Origin: Macrostomum lignano
Lineage: Eukaryota
Assembly: GCA_002269645.1 (NCBI GenBank)
Contig: NIVC01002848.1
Location: 1-64,000 of the forward strand
Length of the DNA: 64,000 nt
Reading direction: 5' to 3'
Made by a program: the position numbers and the translations under genes. Positions 29,488-42,222 of the stretch are shown piece after piece. Within the stretch, counting starts at the first letter, position 1, and every line of letters begins with the position of its first letter. The notes below the pieces were generated by a model that saw only the letters and a list, made by a program, of their open reading frames with translations, did not search any database and was not told the origin of the DNA.

Positions 29488-32400
29488 TCATCGCTTGCGT
29501 TTCTTTAGGCTGAATTTGCTGAACAATCTGCTGCCGGGGCGCTCTTGCTGCGTCTGTTGCTGCTGTTGCTGCTTCTGCTGACTCTGACGGACCATCTGGC
29601 CGAAGACATCGTCATCTGGCACAGTCGGAGCAATGGGATTCGACGAGGCCGCTTGCGGCAACGCCGTTCGCTGCTCGTCCAGCCTGGTTGCCTGGCAACG
29701 CATCAGCATGTCGAAGAAGGCGTCGTCGGGCAGGACGTTTTCTTTGTCGGCGTTTCTACTAGAAGACGAAGCCGCGGCGGCTGCTGCGGCGGCTGCTGCT
29801 GCTGCGGCGGCGGCTGCCGCTGAAGTAACATCCGGTTGCGACGGGCGAAGCCCGGGAAATGTTGGCAGACTGGCGCGCTGGTCGTTCATGCGGGAGCCTT
29901 GAACTCCTGGCGATTGGTTAGGAGTTGGGGACGGGGTCAACTGAGGTCACGGTGAAGGGGGCCGATTATGCAGGTTGGGTATAGAGGCTTTAGAGGCGAA
30001 GCTTTATATCAGATCTAGAGGCTTTAGAGACGAAGCTCTATATCAGATCTAGAGTCTTTAGAGGCGAAGCTCTATATCAGATCTAGAGGCTTTAGAGACG
30101 AAGCTCTATATCAGATCTAGAGTCTTTAGAGGCGAAGCTCTATATCAGATCTAGAGGCTTTAGAGGCGAAGCTCTATATCAGATCTAGAGTCTTTAGAGG
30201 CGAAGCTCTATATCAGATCTAGAGGCTTTAGAGGCGAAGCTCTAGACCATATCTAGAGGCTTTAAATACGGTTTTATAGATCAGATCTAGAGGCTTTAAA
30301 TATAGTTTCCCAGATCAGATCTAGAGGCTTTAGATATAGTTTCCCAGATCAGATCTAGAGGCTTTAGATATAGTTTCCCAGATCAGATCTAGAGGCTTTA
30401 GATACGGTTTTCTAGACCAGATCCAGAGGCTTCAAAGCGATGATATCCTACAGCATATCTAGAGGCTTTTTTAAAGACTAATCCATAGCACTAATGAATC
30501 AAAAAGCCACCAAGCCACAATTAGTTACCCACCGGCCAGCATATCCAAAAAGGCTTCCTCCATCTGCTGCTGCTGCTGTTGCTGCTGTTGTTGGCGACGT
30601 TGAATCGCCGAAGCTGCGGCGGCGGCTGCCGCAGCGCGCGGAGCAGCGGCCAATACGGGAGCCGAGCACCGCTGTTCGTCCATACGCCGACCCTGACAGC
30701 GGGAGATCAGGTCCAGGAAAAGGTCCTGGTTGTCGTGCGCCGCCTCCCCGGCAGCACCGGCGCCGTCGTCCAAGCCGCTGTTGTCCGAGCCGACTCGCAT
30801 CAGCAGGCGTCGCCCATCGTCGTTGCTGTCGCCGTCTACGTCGCGCCGATCGAACATCAAACCGTCGTCATCATCGTCGTTTTTGCCGACAGGTCGGGCG
30901 ACGGCGGCGGCGGTTGTTGAGGAAGCTGCACTTCGAGCCGCCGCACTGTCGACTTCGTGGTCGTCAGGCGACAAGCCGAGCAGCTGTCGAAGGTCGGCGA
31001 GGTTGAGCCGGGCAGCCGAAGCTCCAATATCGTCGCCGAGCTGCTCAGACAGAGCCAGGTGCCGAGCCGCATAGTCTAGAGCTTTAGCATTTTCGCCTAC
31101 GGCGGCGTGTGCGTTGCCTAGCGACCAGCAGGCGCGAGCCTCGCCAACTCGATCACCCAGCTGTTCGGCTATGCGCATGTGTCTGGCGTGATAGTCTATG
31201 GCCTGGAGTGGTTGGTTGGTTGGTGGCACCAATTAGCGGGTTGGATCTATAGTCTATGGCCTAGAGTGGTTGGTTGGTGGCACCAATTGCAGGATGGATC
31301 TATAGTCTATGGCCCAGAGTGGTTGGTGGCACCAATTAGCGGGATGGATCTATAGTCTATGGCCTAGAGTGGTTGGTTGGTGGCACCAATTGCAGGATGG
31401 ATCTATAGTCTATGGCCCAGAGTGGTTGGTGGCACCAATTAGCGGGATGGATCTATAGTCTATGGCCTAGAGTGGTTGGTTGGTGGCACCAATTAGCTGG
31501 ATGATCTAGTCTATGGCCTGGAGTGGTTGGTAGCACCAATTAGCCGGATGGATCTATAGTCTATGGCCTTGAGTGGTTGCATTGGTGGCACCAATTAGCA
31601 GGATGGGTCTATAGTCTATGGCCTGGAGTGGTTGGTGGCACCAATTAGCGGGATGGATCTATAGTCTATGGCCTAGAGTGGTTGGTTGGTGGCACCAATT
31701 GCAGGATGGATCTATAGTCTATGGCCCAGAGTGGTTGGTGGCACCAATTAGCGGGATGGATCTATAGTCTATGGCCTAGAGTGGTTGGTTGGTGGCACCA
31801 ATTGCAGGATGGATCTATAGTCTATGGCCCAGAGTGGTTGGTGGCACCAATTAGCGGGATGGATCTATAGTCTATGGCCTAGAGTGGTTGGTTGGTGGCA
31901 CCAATTAGCTGGATGATCTAGTCTATGGCCTGGAGTGGTTGGTAGCACCAATTAGCCGGATGGATCTATAGTCTATGGCCTTGAGTGGTTGCATTGGTGG
32001 CACCAATTAGCAGGATGGGTCTATAGTCTATGGCCTGGAGTGGTTGGTGGCACCAATTAGCGGGATGGATCTATAGTCTATGGCCTAGAGTGGTTGGTTG
32101 GTGGCACCAATTAGCTGGATGATCTAGTCTATGGCCTAGAGTGGTTGGTGGCACCAATTAGCAGGATGGGTCTTATAGTCTATGGCCTTGAGTGGTTGCA
32201 TTGGTGGCACCAATTAGCAGGATGGGTCTTATAGTCTATGGCCTAGAATTTCAAAATATAGTACAATCTGTCGCTCACGCTCACCTGTCTATAGTCTCTC
32301 ATAAGAGTGCAAGTGTTGCCCAGAGAATAGCAAGCCTGAGCCTCCAAAGCCGGTTCGCCCAGCTGTTTAGCCAGAGCCAAGCAACGCCTATAGTGATCCG

Positions 32401-35400
32401 CAGCCGTGTCCAATTCGCCCAAGAGTATATGAGCATTGCCCAGATTGCTATGAGCCCGACGCTCAGCACCCCTGTCGCCGAATTCCTTAGCAATAGCCAG
32501 ACGCTCGGTGTGATAACGGATAGCCTCGTGAAAGTTGCCTAATAAGTAGTGCGTGTTGCCAAGATTGCCGCAGGCGCGACCAACGCCGGCTCGATCGCCT
32601 AGCTCGCGTACTATAGCCAAATTCTGTGCGTAGTAGTCGGCTGCCCGACGGAGGGCCTGTCGAACAGGACTGGCCAGAGAGGCGTCTCCGACGTCAGCAA
32701 CTGCCACGGCTGAGGCGCCAGCGGCGACGTCGTCGGCTGCTGATGCTGCTGCTTGATCGGCGGCGCTGGACGCCGACGATGACGACGATCGACCGGCGTG
32801 TTTGCCGTGCGCGTGGTGCACGTTGCCGAGATTGTAGAGGGCGCGCGCTTCGCCCATCTGAAGGAGAGAAGGTTTGAGCGGCGTTCGTTGCGGCGTGGGG
32901 CTGGTGGTTGAATGTACATCGAAGGCGGGAGGTAGGTGGCTAAATGTACATTGGGAGGGGGTTTGGTGGCTAAATTTACATTAAGAGCCGGTTTGGTGGC
33001 TGAACGTACATTGAGAGCAGGTTTGGTGGCTGAACGTACCGTACATTGAGTGCAGGGGGTTGGTGGCTAAATTTACATTGAAGGGGGAAGGGGGTTGGTG
33101 GCTAAATGTACATTGAGAGCAGGGGTTGGTAGCTGATTGTACATTGAGAAGGGTTTGTTGACTGAATGTACATTGAGAAGGGTTTGCTGACTAAATGTAC
33201 ATTGAGAGGGGGTTGGTGGCAGAATGTACATTGAGAGGGGGTTGGTGGCTGTTTGTACATTGAGAGGGGGTTGGTGGCTGAATGTACATTGAGAGGGGGT
33301 TGGTGGCTGATTGTACATTGAGGGGGAGGGGGTTGGTGACTAAATGTACATTAAGAGCGGGGGTTGGTGGCTGAATTTACATTGAGAGCGGGGGTTGGTG
33401 GCTGAATTTACATTGAGAGCGGTGGTTGGTGGCTGATTGTACATTGAGTGCAGGGGTTGGTGGATAATTTACATTGAGGGGGAGGGGGTTGGTGACTAAA
33501 TGTACATTAAGAGCGGGGGTTGGTGGCTGAATGTACATTGAGGGGGTTGGTGGCTGAATGTACATTGAAAGGGAGGGGGGTTGGTGGCTAAATGTACATT
33601 AAGAGCGGGGGTTGGTGGCTGAATGTACACTGATGGCGTGAGGTTGGTTACGACTGCAAATGAATACTTTGGCGCCAGAGCAAAATTAAATAAAAATACG
33701 GAGTTGATACTTGATAGAATGCACTAGCACTAATCAGTAGCAATATGAGTTATATACGATCAAAACATACATTATTTCAATTATTCCAACAAGTTATGGA
33801 AATATCATAGCTGTACGCTCGTACATATCGCTTTATTACGACTCGTAACGAGATGTATCGTTTCATTAGAACTACGAAGATTTCGAAAAAAAACGCCACA
33901 CCATAAAATCCCACTCACTCATTCGATTTTCAGTTTTTTATTCGAACAAAAGTCTCAACTAAAGTACTGCAGCACTAACAAAGTTTTATTGTGCGACATA
34001 ATCTGATTGTCCCAGAATCTGGTCCGTTGTGAAAATGCGCGATATGAATCTATTAACTAGGGCAAATTATTCCAGATTCTACCTACAATTCACCCCAGAT
34101 TCTACTTACCCTTCACCCCAGATTCTACCTACAATTCACCCCAGATTCTACTTACCCTTCACCCCAGATTCTACCTACAATTTACCACAGATTCTACCTA
34201 CAATTTACCCCAGATTCTACCTACAATTTACCTCGGATTCTACCAACCATTTACCCCAGACAGTTAGATAACGAAGTTTCTCACCCGGTCGCCCAGTTCT
34301 CTAGTCAGCTCCAGATGCCGCATGCAGCACATGGCCGCTTCCTCAAATTTGCCCAGCACTTTAAGCGTGTTGCCAAGGTTACCAGACGCTTTTGCTTCGC
34401 CGGCTTTGTCGTCCATTGTTCTGTATGTTGAGTTTGATGGAGATTGTCAGGTAGAGTTAGAGGGAGATTCTCAGGTAGAGTTAGAGGGAGATTCTCAGGT
34501 AGAGTTAAAGGGAGATTTTCAGGTAGAGTTTGAGGGAGATTCTCAGGTAGAGTTTGAGGGAGATTCTCAGGTAGAGTTTGAGGGAGATTCTCAGGTAGAG
34601 TTTGAGGGAGATTGTCAGGTAGAGTTTGAGGGAGATTGTCAGGTAGAGTTTGAGGGAGATTCTCAGGTAGAGTTAGAGGGAGATTCTCAGGTAGAGTTAA
34701 AGGGAGATTTTCAGGTAGAGTTTGAGGGAGATTCTCAGGTAGAGTTTGAGGGAGATTCTCAGGTAGAGTTTGAGGGAGATTCTCAGGTAGAGTTTGAGGG
34801 AGATTGTCAGGTAGAGTTTGAGGGAGATTGTCAGGTAGAGTTTGAGGGAGATTTTCAGGTAGAGTTTGAGGGAGATTCTCAGGTAGAGTTAGAGGGAGAT
34901 TCTCAGGTAGAGTTTGAGGGAGATCCTTGGGTAGAGTTTGGGGGAGAGTCTCAGGTAGAGTTGGAGGGAGATCATGGTAAAGGCTACTAAGACTCGGGTT
35001 TATCTAGTAACTGAGATCCGTACCTGGCCAGACTCAAATCCAGTGTATGATAATCCAAAGCCTTGGCATAATCCTGCAGGTAGAAATGTGCATTGCCCAG
35101 CTGGCTGTACACGGCCGATAAGATTTTCAAATCGTCCGTGCCAACTTGCACCGCGGCCTCGAGAAACTGCACCCCGAGGCGACATTCACCACCTTTGCAA
35201 AGGCGCTCGCCTTCCAGGGCCAGCTCCAGACAGGTGGACTCGTCACCGGGCGCTAAGCCGGAGTTATTAGCTGCGGTCGAGGCTGACGGAGCCAGGTAAT
35301 GATGCGATCGACCGCTAATTGGCATTGCTGTTTTCTCTGCTGCTGCTGCTTCTTGCTGTTGTCGCTGATTAAAAACAGCGTTTGCTGCTGCAAAACACAT

Positions 35401-36359
35401 TTTTACATACAATCATAAATTTTTTTAATTTTATTCAACTCGTGATGATTGTGAAAATATGAGTTCCCTTAAGTGACTGGGTGACTGTTTTCGCCTTTAC
35501 TGAAGGTCAAACCTGAAGGGTCACGAAGCCTTTACTGAAGGTCAAACCTGAGGGTCACGAAGCCTTTACTGAAGGTCAAACCTGAAGGGTCACGAAGCCT
35601 TTACTGAAGGTCAAACCTGAGGGTCACGTGGCCTTTAATGAAGGTCAAACCTGAAGGGTCACGGGGCCTTTAATGAAGGTCAAACCTGAAGGGCCACGGG
35701 CCTTTAATTAAGGTCAAACCTGAAGGGTAGTGGGGCCTTTACTGAAGGTCAAACCTGAAGGGTAGTGGTGCCTTTACTGAAGGTCAAACCTGAAGGGTAG
35801 CAGCGCCTTTACTGAAGGTCAAACCTGAAGGGTCACGGGCCTTTAATAAAGGTCAAACCTGAAGGGTAGTGGGGCCTTTACTGAAGGTCAAACCTGAAGG
35901 GTAGTGGTGCCTTTACTGAAGGTCAAACCTGAAGGGTAGCAGCGCCTTTACTGAAGGTCAAACCTGAAGGGTCACGAAGCCTTTACTGAAGGTCAAACCT
36001 GAAGGGTCACGAAGCCTTTACTGAAGGTCAAACCTGAAGGGTCACGAAGCCTTTACTGAAGGTCAAACCTGAAGGGTCACGAAGCCTTTACTCAAGGTCA
36101 AACCTGAAGGGTCACGAAGCCTTCACTGAAGGTCAAATCACGGGGCCTTTAATGAAGGTCAAACCTGAAGGGTAGTGGGGCCTTTACTGAAGGTCAAACC
36201 AAATATAATTAAGAGTGACATTTAAGAAAAAAATAATTTACCACCACGGGAGCGCGACGTTAGCGTCAAACTACCAGACGTGATTGTGGCGGAACTATTC
36301 GTAGCAGTAGTATTATTAGTATTAGTAGTAGTAGTTGAATCGTAGTAAAACTCCGGCAT
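29488..36359 (-). CDS. GPSM2: G-protein signaling modulator (LGN/AGS3/Pins): TPR array plus GoLoco motifs; exons 36359-36242, 35387-35024, 34420-34285, 32857-32285, 31202-30533, 29906-29488; ~759 aa
   Basis: CLELALEGERLCKGG, LSAVYSQLGNAHFYL, GEAKASGNLGNTLKVLG and GEARALYNLGNVHH are LGN/Pins TPR hallmarks. GoLoco motifs: DLFLDLISRCQGRRMDEQR, EAFLDMLAGVQGSRMNDQR, DAFFDMLMRCQATRLDEQR. All joins are in phase (1, 2, 0, 0, 1). GPSM1 versus GPSM2 cannot be resolved; this is probably the single invertebrate orthologue. Confidence 0.93.
29990..30470. repeat. Minisatellite, ~34-bp unit AGAGGCGAAGCTCTATATCAGATCTAGAGGCTTT, GPSM2 intron 5
   Basis: Directly visible. Confidence 0.93.
31203..32245. repeat. 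Minisatellite, ~48-58-bp unit containing the exon-5 acceptor and first exon bases, GPSM2 intron 4
   Basis: Minus-strand unit ...GCTAATTGGTGCCACCAACCAACCACTCYAG|GCCATAGACTA, about 20 copies. Confidence 0.95.
32920..33630. repeat. Minisatellite, ~30-bp unit GGGGGTTGGTGGCTGAATGTACATTGAGAG, GPSM2 intron 3
   Basis: Directly visible. Confidence 0.93.
34070..34260. repeat. Short ~23-bp tandem repeat CCCCAGATTCTACCTACAATTCA
   Basis: Directly visible. Confidence 0.85.
34435..34970. repeat. Minisatellite, 24-bp unit GGGAGATTCTCAGGTAGAGTTTGA, GPSM2 intron 2
   Basis: Directly visible. The EGDSQVEF ORF is its antisense translation. Confidence 0.95.
35495..36200. repeat. Minisatellite, ~35-bp unit GCCTTTACTGAAGGTCAAACCTGAAGGGTCACGAA, GPSM2 intron 1
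   Basis: Directly visible. Confidence 0.95.
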
Positions 36360-36526
36360 ATCTGCCACTTAAATAATCTAGACTATTAATAAAAACACTA
36401 TTTTCAACTTCATAAAAGTTAATACTCATATAAGAGAGTGAAACCGAAGTTAGGTGAAACTTTATAAAGATTTCTTCGCCGAATGAAAGACACAGAACGG
36501 GATCTAAGCAGAGACGCGATAGGGCT

Positions 36527-36600
<74 letters not shown>
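36527..36600. repeat. (GA)n microsatellite
   Basis: Directly visible. Confidence 0.97.
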
Positions 36601-36604
<4 letters not shown>

Positions 36605-37404
36605 AGGAGGGGAAGAACGGGCGGCGAAAACGGTGCGAAAAGCCGTACTAAAAAGTCAGCCTTTAAGAATGCGAGAGAGAGAAGTTAGTATTATAGTAAT
36701 ACAGACAGAAAACGGCGGACTGAGGGAAGTGAAAAGTTCTAAAAGTATAATAATATTTTTACCTATATATATACACACACACCGGCGGGAATAGACAGGG
36801 AGAGGAAGGACACAGAAGGGACAGAAGACACAAACGCAGCGGGGGGGAATGAAGCAGTGGAAAGTGGGGGAAAGGCGTAGCCTTTGCGCTTGCGCGAATA
36901 TCTTTATGGCAGAGTGTGCGGCAGATAGATAGATCCATATGCATAATCCTCGAGAGGTCGTAATCAGCCTTCTTAACCATTGGGACGAATATCTGTCGAG
37001 AGAATGTGCAATAAAGATAAGGCGGGATTGATGCTAATACAAAACTGTACAATTCGAATTTGTTCGTCTTGGGAAGATCGTAAATCTTGTAATAAAGATT
37101 TTCATTCTTATTTTTATGCTTCAGGATTATCGGGAGCTGTTCAACAAAAGGGGGAAAGGAAAAGAGAAGGTCAAGAGATAGGAAGTTATCTGTAGTAAGT
37201 CTGACAGTCAACATTACAAAAATAATGTTCTTGGAAGAACTCCATGTTTTCGATATACTTTACTACTAGCTACTACTCGTGTTGCATTTATACTAATTCT
37301 AGTAGCATCTTATAAATTTATACCGCTGCTAAAGCTATTGGTTACTGTAAAGTGTAAAGATGGAACTCTGTTGCCATTACTATACCTACTGCAACTACAA
37401 TACT

Positions 37405-37408
37405 ACAA

Positions 37409-37491
<83 letters not shown>

Positions 37492-37530
37492 ATACTACTT
37501 TCACTACTACTTCCACAGATACTACTACTG
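37405..37530. repeat. (ACT)n microsatellite
   Basis: Directly visible. Confidence 0.97.
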
Positions 37531-37859
37531 CTAGCACTACTTTCTTCCTCTACTTTCTACTATTACAAGCTGTTGAAACCCGCGGATTTTGAACCCGGGG
37601 AATTCCAATCCCCGGAACCATTTTTGCATGTATTTTAAAATCTAAAGTCATACTCAAACAAAAACTTGTTAATAGTTAGGGTAAAGGTAAACATAAAATG
37701 TAGCACATTCGTGTAAAATTAGAATTTGAGGCAAACATTGATCTTGTTGGCTGGGGTACTGCGCAGAATGTCAGGCAATGTCTGTCTGACTCTATAACAT
37801 GTATTGGCAAACTCTGGTCTCTGCCTCTGACTCTCCCTACGTCCCTTGGATCCTTTGAA

Positions 37860-38560
37860 ACTTCTATCTTCTCTTCTGTTTCCTCTCTTCTCTCTCGTCC
37901 CTCGTCTCTCATCTCTCCTCTCGTCTCTGTAATCACTTCTGCCTTATCTCTCCTCTGTTCTCTCTACTCTCCCATCTTTCATCTGTTTACTCTCGTCTCT
38001 GCTCTCTCATCCCCCTTTTTCATCTGGCATCGTTACTGTCTTATATGTTCTCTCACCTCTCTCCTATGTGAGAGTGTTCTTTCCACTCTTTTGATTCCTC
38101 ACTTTTCTTTTTCCTTTCTTATTTTCTCTTCTCTTCCCTCTTCTATACTCTCTCCCTCTCTTGTCTCCTCTCTTCTCTCTCCTCCATTATCTCTCATCTC
38201 TCATTTCCCATCTTTCCTTACACCTCTCTCATCTCTACAATCTTAGAGATGTAGAGATGTATCTTTATCTCTTCTCTCTTTCCTTTACTCTCTCATCTCT
38301 TCTTTCACCTCTTTCCTCTCTGCTCTCCTCTCTGCTGTCTCCTCTCTCCTCTCATCTGCAGCTCTCTGCTCTCTCATCTCTTCTCTCTCCTCTCTTCTCG
38401 CTCCTCTCTTATCTCGCTTTTTCTCTCTCCCCTCTTCTCCCCCTCTCTCTCATCTTCCTCACCCCCTATCTCTCCTATTACCTTCTATCTTTTCTCTTGG
38501 CCCCTCTCTCGCCTCTCCTCTCTTCGAATCGTCTATTCCTTCTTCTTTCCACTTTCATCG
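37860..38560. repeat. CT-rich low-complexity tract
   Basis: Directly visible. Confidence 0.9.
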
Positions 38561-38578
38561 GCCTCTCAGCCATGAGCT

Positions 38579-38622
38579 GGATTCTTTATCTGGCCTTTGA
38601 GGTAAAAGTCTGCCCATCCCTG
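38579..38622 (-). mobile_element. Single hAT/Charlie-like transposon terminus
   Basis: Minus strand reads CAGGGATGGGCAGACTTTTACCTCAAAGGCCAGATA, resembling Charlie-type ends (CAGGGGTCGGCAAACTTTT...AAAGGGCCAGATA). No partner end was found. Confidence 0.4.
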
Positions 38623-39399
38623 TTTGGAAAGCCAGTTTGTGGGACGTAGTACTCTCATGGTTGTTCTTATGCTTTGATCATGTCATCTTTCATGCCAATT
38701 TGCAGCCCTGAAACGAATTTGTGTATCTTCAGTTCCACTGCAGTCTGCATCAGTCTAACAACGAAGTAAATACGCATTTCTTAGGAAACAAGTAAAATTT
38801 TCATGGTGTGCCTGATTTGTAGAATAGTAGGGTTGTATTAAATTGCATCGCCTTTTCATAAATCTTTTGCTTTTACAAACCTGGATTCCCTCGATTTGCC
38901 AATTGCCATCCACAGTTAAACTGCTGTAGAGTTTGCCTATACAGAGGGCAGTGGTTGGAATTTCTCACTTTCAGGGCTTACTGTCAGGTCTAAACGTAGC
39001 CTCTCCACTCTCGGGGTGCAGAGAAGGCTATAAATAAAGTTATTCCAAAACACTGTACATTTGCTATGTACATTCAGCCCTATCGCTGACGGGAATGAGT
39101 GAGTGGCACAAACAGAAAAAGCAGACCAACTTCATATGCTTACAGTTTCTGTTCTGATTGTTACAGAGTTGTAACTTTACATTTAGACAGAGAATGAGTC
39201 AATGAAGAATTGTGTCAAGTTTAAAGTCAATCACTTTACGTGGAGCAAACTTATGGCAGCCGAAAGTTGGTCAATTTTACAACCCCTTTTCCACATCTGG
39301 GCCCAGATCGGGAAAGAGAGGCAGGCGGGCGGAGGTTGGGGTGGCTGCTTTGCTGAAAAAAGCAGCCTAACTTTAAAAGTGCACAGCGCTGTTCAGGAT

Positions 39400-39917
39400 T
39401 AACTTTGAGACTCGAAATTTTACACGATTGTGTCAAAATAGTTAAAGATTGATTGTGTCAAATTTGAAGAGAATCAGTAAAAGTGGAACGGCGCTATGGA
39501 GGATTAAGTGAAAAAATCGCGCATTTTGAGCAGTTTTTTGTACTTTTAGGTAGGAAGACTTGAGTCTAGGAAATTAAAAGGTAGCCTAAGACATTCTCCG
39601 TAGTAAGTTTAGGGTGGGTGTAAAGTTTGGTGTAATTTGGTTGAGCGGTTTGGGAGTCCATAGCCATCAAAATTGTCCACAGACACATAGACACACAGAC
39701 ACACACATGCTTGGGCGCAACCTAGGGATTCACCCGGCCGTTTCTATTGGCAACACACACATGTAAGTCGCTATTGGACAGAATAGTAGTCACGTGAATG
39801 CTCTCAGCCAATAGCGACTTACATGTGTGTGTTGCCAATAGAAACGGCCGGGTGAATCCCTAGGTTGCGCATGTATGGACACACAGACAGAGTTTTGATT
39901 TTTATATGTGGAGATTA
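39400..39917 (+). mobile_element. Non-autonomous Helitron/Helentron (HINE)-like element
   Basis: AAAGTTTGGTGTAATTTGGTTGAGCGGTTT, then ACAGACACAC-type microsatellite, then TTTTATATGTGGAGAT. This is the usual 3' layout of invertebrate HINE/DINE-like repeats. Boundaries are approximate. Confidence 0.5.
39715..39870. repeat. Perfect 63-bp inverted repeat with 30-nt spacer (foldback element)
   Basis: Arm 39715-39777 is the exact reverse complement of 39808-39870. Confidence 0.95.
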
Positions 39918-42222
39918 CTATAGCAATTAATATAAAATGCTACTACTGATACTTAGGAACAATAAAATATTCTGAATGATAATAACAAAAGATATTACTA
40001 GAAAACTAAAATTATTTAAAATAAATTTTAAGAAAAAATCCAATTGTTTTATACCATAAAAGGCTTTTTTTATAACAAAGCATTAACTATTGAGAAAATC
40101 ATGCTTCTTGAAATGTTATTTATATCTATAAGCCAAAGTCCTAAAATTTTTTAGAGGCATTTATATTTTTCAATAACTTTTATAGCCTAACTAAACCTGA
40201 TTCCTATTTTTGCACTGATTTTCTGCTTTGATTTTTTAGAACTTCTACTATGTCATTTTAGCTTTAGAAATTTTGGCTTTGAATAGAAAAAATTAGTCCT
40301 TTAAAATTTAATTGTATTGTATATTTTAATTATTACTTAAACCAAAAAAACTTGGCTACAAAAATCTGCTAACAAAATAAGTGTATTTTTGTGCTTTACA
40401 AATTTAAACTTGTTTAGCAGCTAGGCTAAGAAAGTATTGTCATATCATGCTTATAGCTTAGATATTTCTTCTTTTTTATCCCTATCAACTTTTATGCATT
40501 CATTGTAAAAACAACCATTTTGTTATTTATCCAATCATTGTACCAATAACAACTGCCTTTCCATTTATGGTTTTGGCCATAGAATAGCCAACAAGGCCTA
40601 GCTACATATTGTCATTGCCATAGGCCCCCCTATCTTAAATTTATATAAGTTTTAGTATTTGTTTGTAGTAATTACTAGGCCTAAGGCAGTCATTGTCATT
40701 GTCTTTTATAAAATAATTAAATATGCAAAACTTAGTCTTAGGATTGCTAGCTATGTAAAAAATAGGCAAATACTATTGAAGGTTTTCAACTTATATTATC
40801 TAAATACTTAGCCTTTGCTTTTGCTACAACCTGTAAGCCCTAGTATTTTAAAGGCTAAACTCATTGCACAAATGCTAAGGCCTTTTCATATTACCAATTC
40901 CAGAACCAGAATTGGTTCGGAATTCCAAGAAAAACAGCAGTATAACTATTAAACTCTATTAATATTTGACTGCCTTAACAACCTAACTTAGCACAATTTT
41001 TCACTTTCTTCTTGGCAATTGTCATTCAATAATAAAAACTTTATAGCACATATCTCCCCCTAGTTATGGAGACAAAAAGTTATACTTCACAAATTGGTTC
41101 TGGTTCTGGAACCAGAACAAGCAACTAGATTAGACTGCAAAAGGTATAGGTCTATTTTGTCATTAGTTTGTTTTAATATTAATAAACTGTGTGATTAATG
41201 TTGATAACAAGAACTACTAAGAAATAACCATTGTATAAGGCTTAATGTATTAAAAGCATATAATTCTTCCAAAATTTAAAAACCATTTGTAATTTACACT
41301 CTATAGATAGGGCCTATTACAGTATTAGGCCCTAGTTATTAAATTTGAATGATATTTGTTTAAATTGTTTTTACTTTTATGTTGATTATAAAAATAGGGG
41401 GCCTAACTAACCTAACCATTTTGCTATTTATACAGTCACTGTAACAATAACTGCCAAATAGAAAAGAAGAGGTGGCCTAAGAGGGACTAGGATAGAATTA
41501 GCGGAATTAGGCCTAGGCCTATAAAAAACTTTCTTTCTTGCCTTGTTAGAAATCATGGTTGATGTGCTGCAAGCTGCAGCATCAAAAAGTATTATTTGTT
41601 TGGCCCTGTTTGACATACATTTGGACAATTTATGTAGCATCATTAGGGGCCTACCATTTGTGCAATATCTTTGCAACATTCTTTTCTGGGTAGCACCGTA
41701 GCACACTATGTCTAGGCCTATGACTATTTCGTACGTCTAAATCTGACCAATAGATATTAGTGTTATGTCCATCATCTCTCTATTTTTTGTTGGTTGTTAC
41801 TTAAGCCTAAGGGGCTAAGGCAGCAGGGCTATTGTTTTTATTATATTTCACTTCCAATTCCAATTAAAATATATTGTCAGGTCAGAGAATTGTCAAGTAG
41901 CGTCCCCGCAGCGCTACACATTAAAGCAAATTGGACTATAACTGAAGACATTTTAAAATGCGTTTTTTGTTAAGCTTCAGGTTTTTATCAAATTTAGTTT
42001 TTTTCTTTGAAATATAAAATTCGGTGAAAAAAAAGTGATATCAATAATATTAATATAAATAAAATAATAATATAATTTAATAATGAAAACGAGAATATGA
42101 AAATAATAATAATACTTAAAATATTAACTAAAGTTATTTATTTCATTACTCTTACAACAAATAGTTTTCTCTGCAATCAAATACTGCATTGACAAAAATG
42201 TTATAATGTGTAGCGGTTCGGG

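Noticed and set aside
34070-34970. Possible inverted-repeat pairing around GPSM2 exon 3 (exon skipping or circularisation)
   Set aside because: The two flanking arrays share only short words (TCTACCT, GATTCT), too little for stable pairing.
34322-34990. 222-aa ORF with EGDSQVEF repeats
   Set aside because: Antisense to GPSM2 exon 3 and intron 2. It is explained by a 24-bp (multiple of 3) minisatellite.
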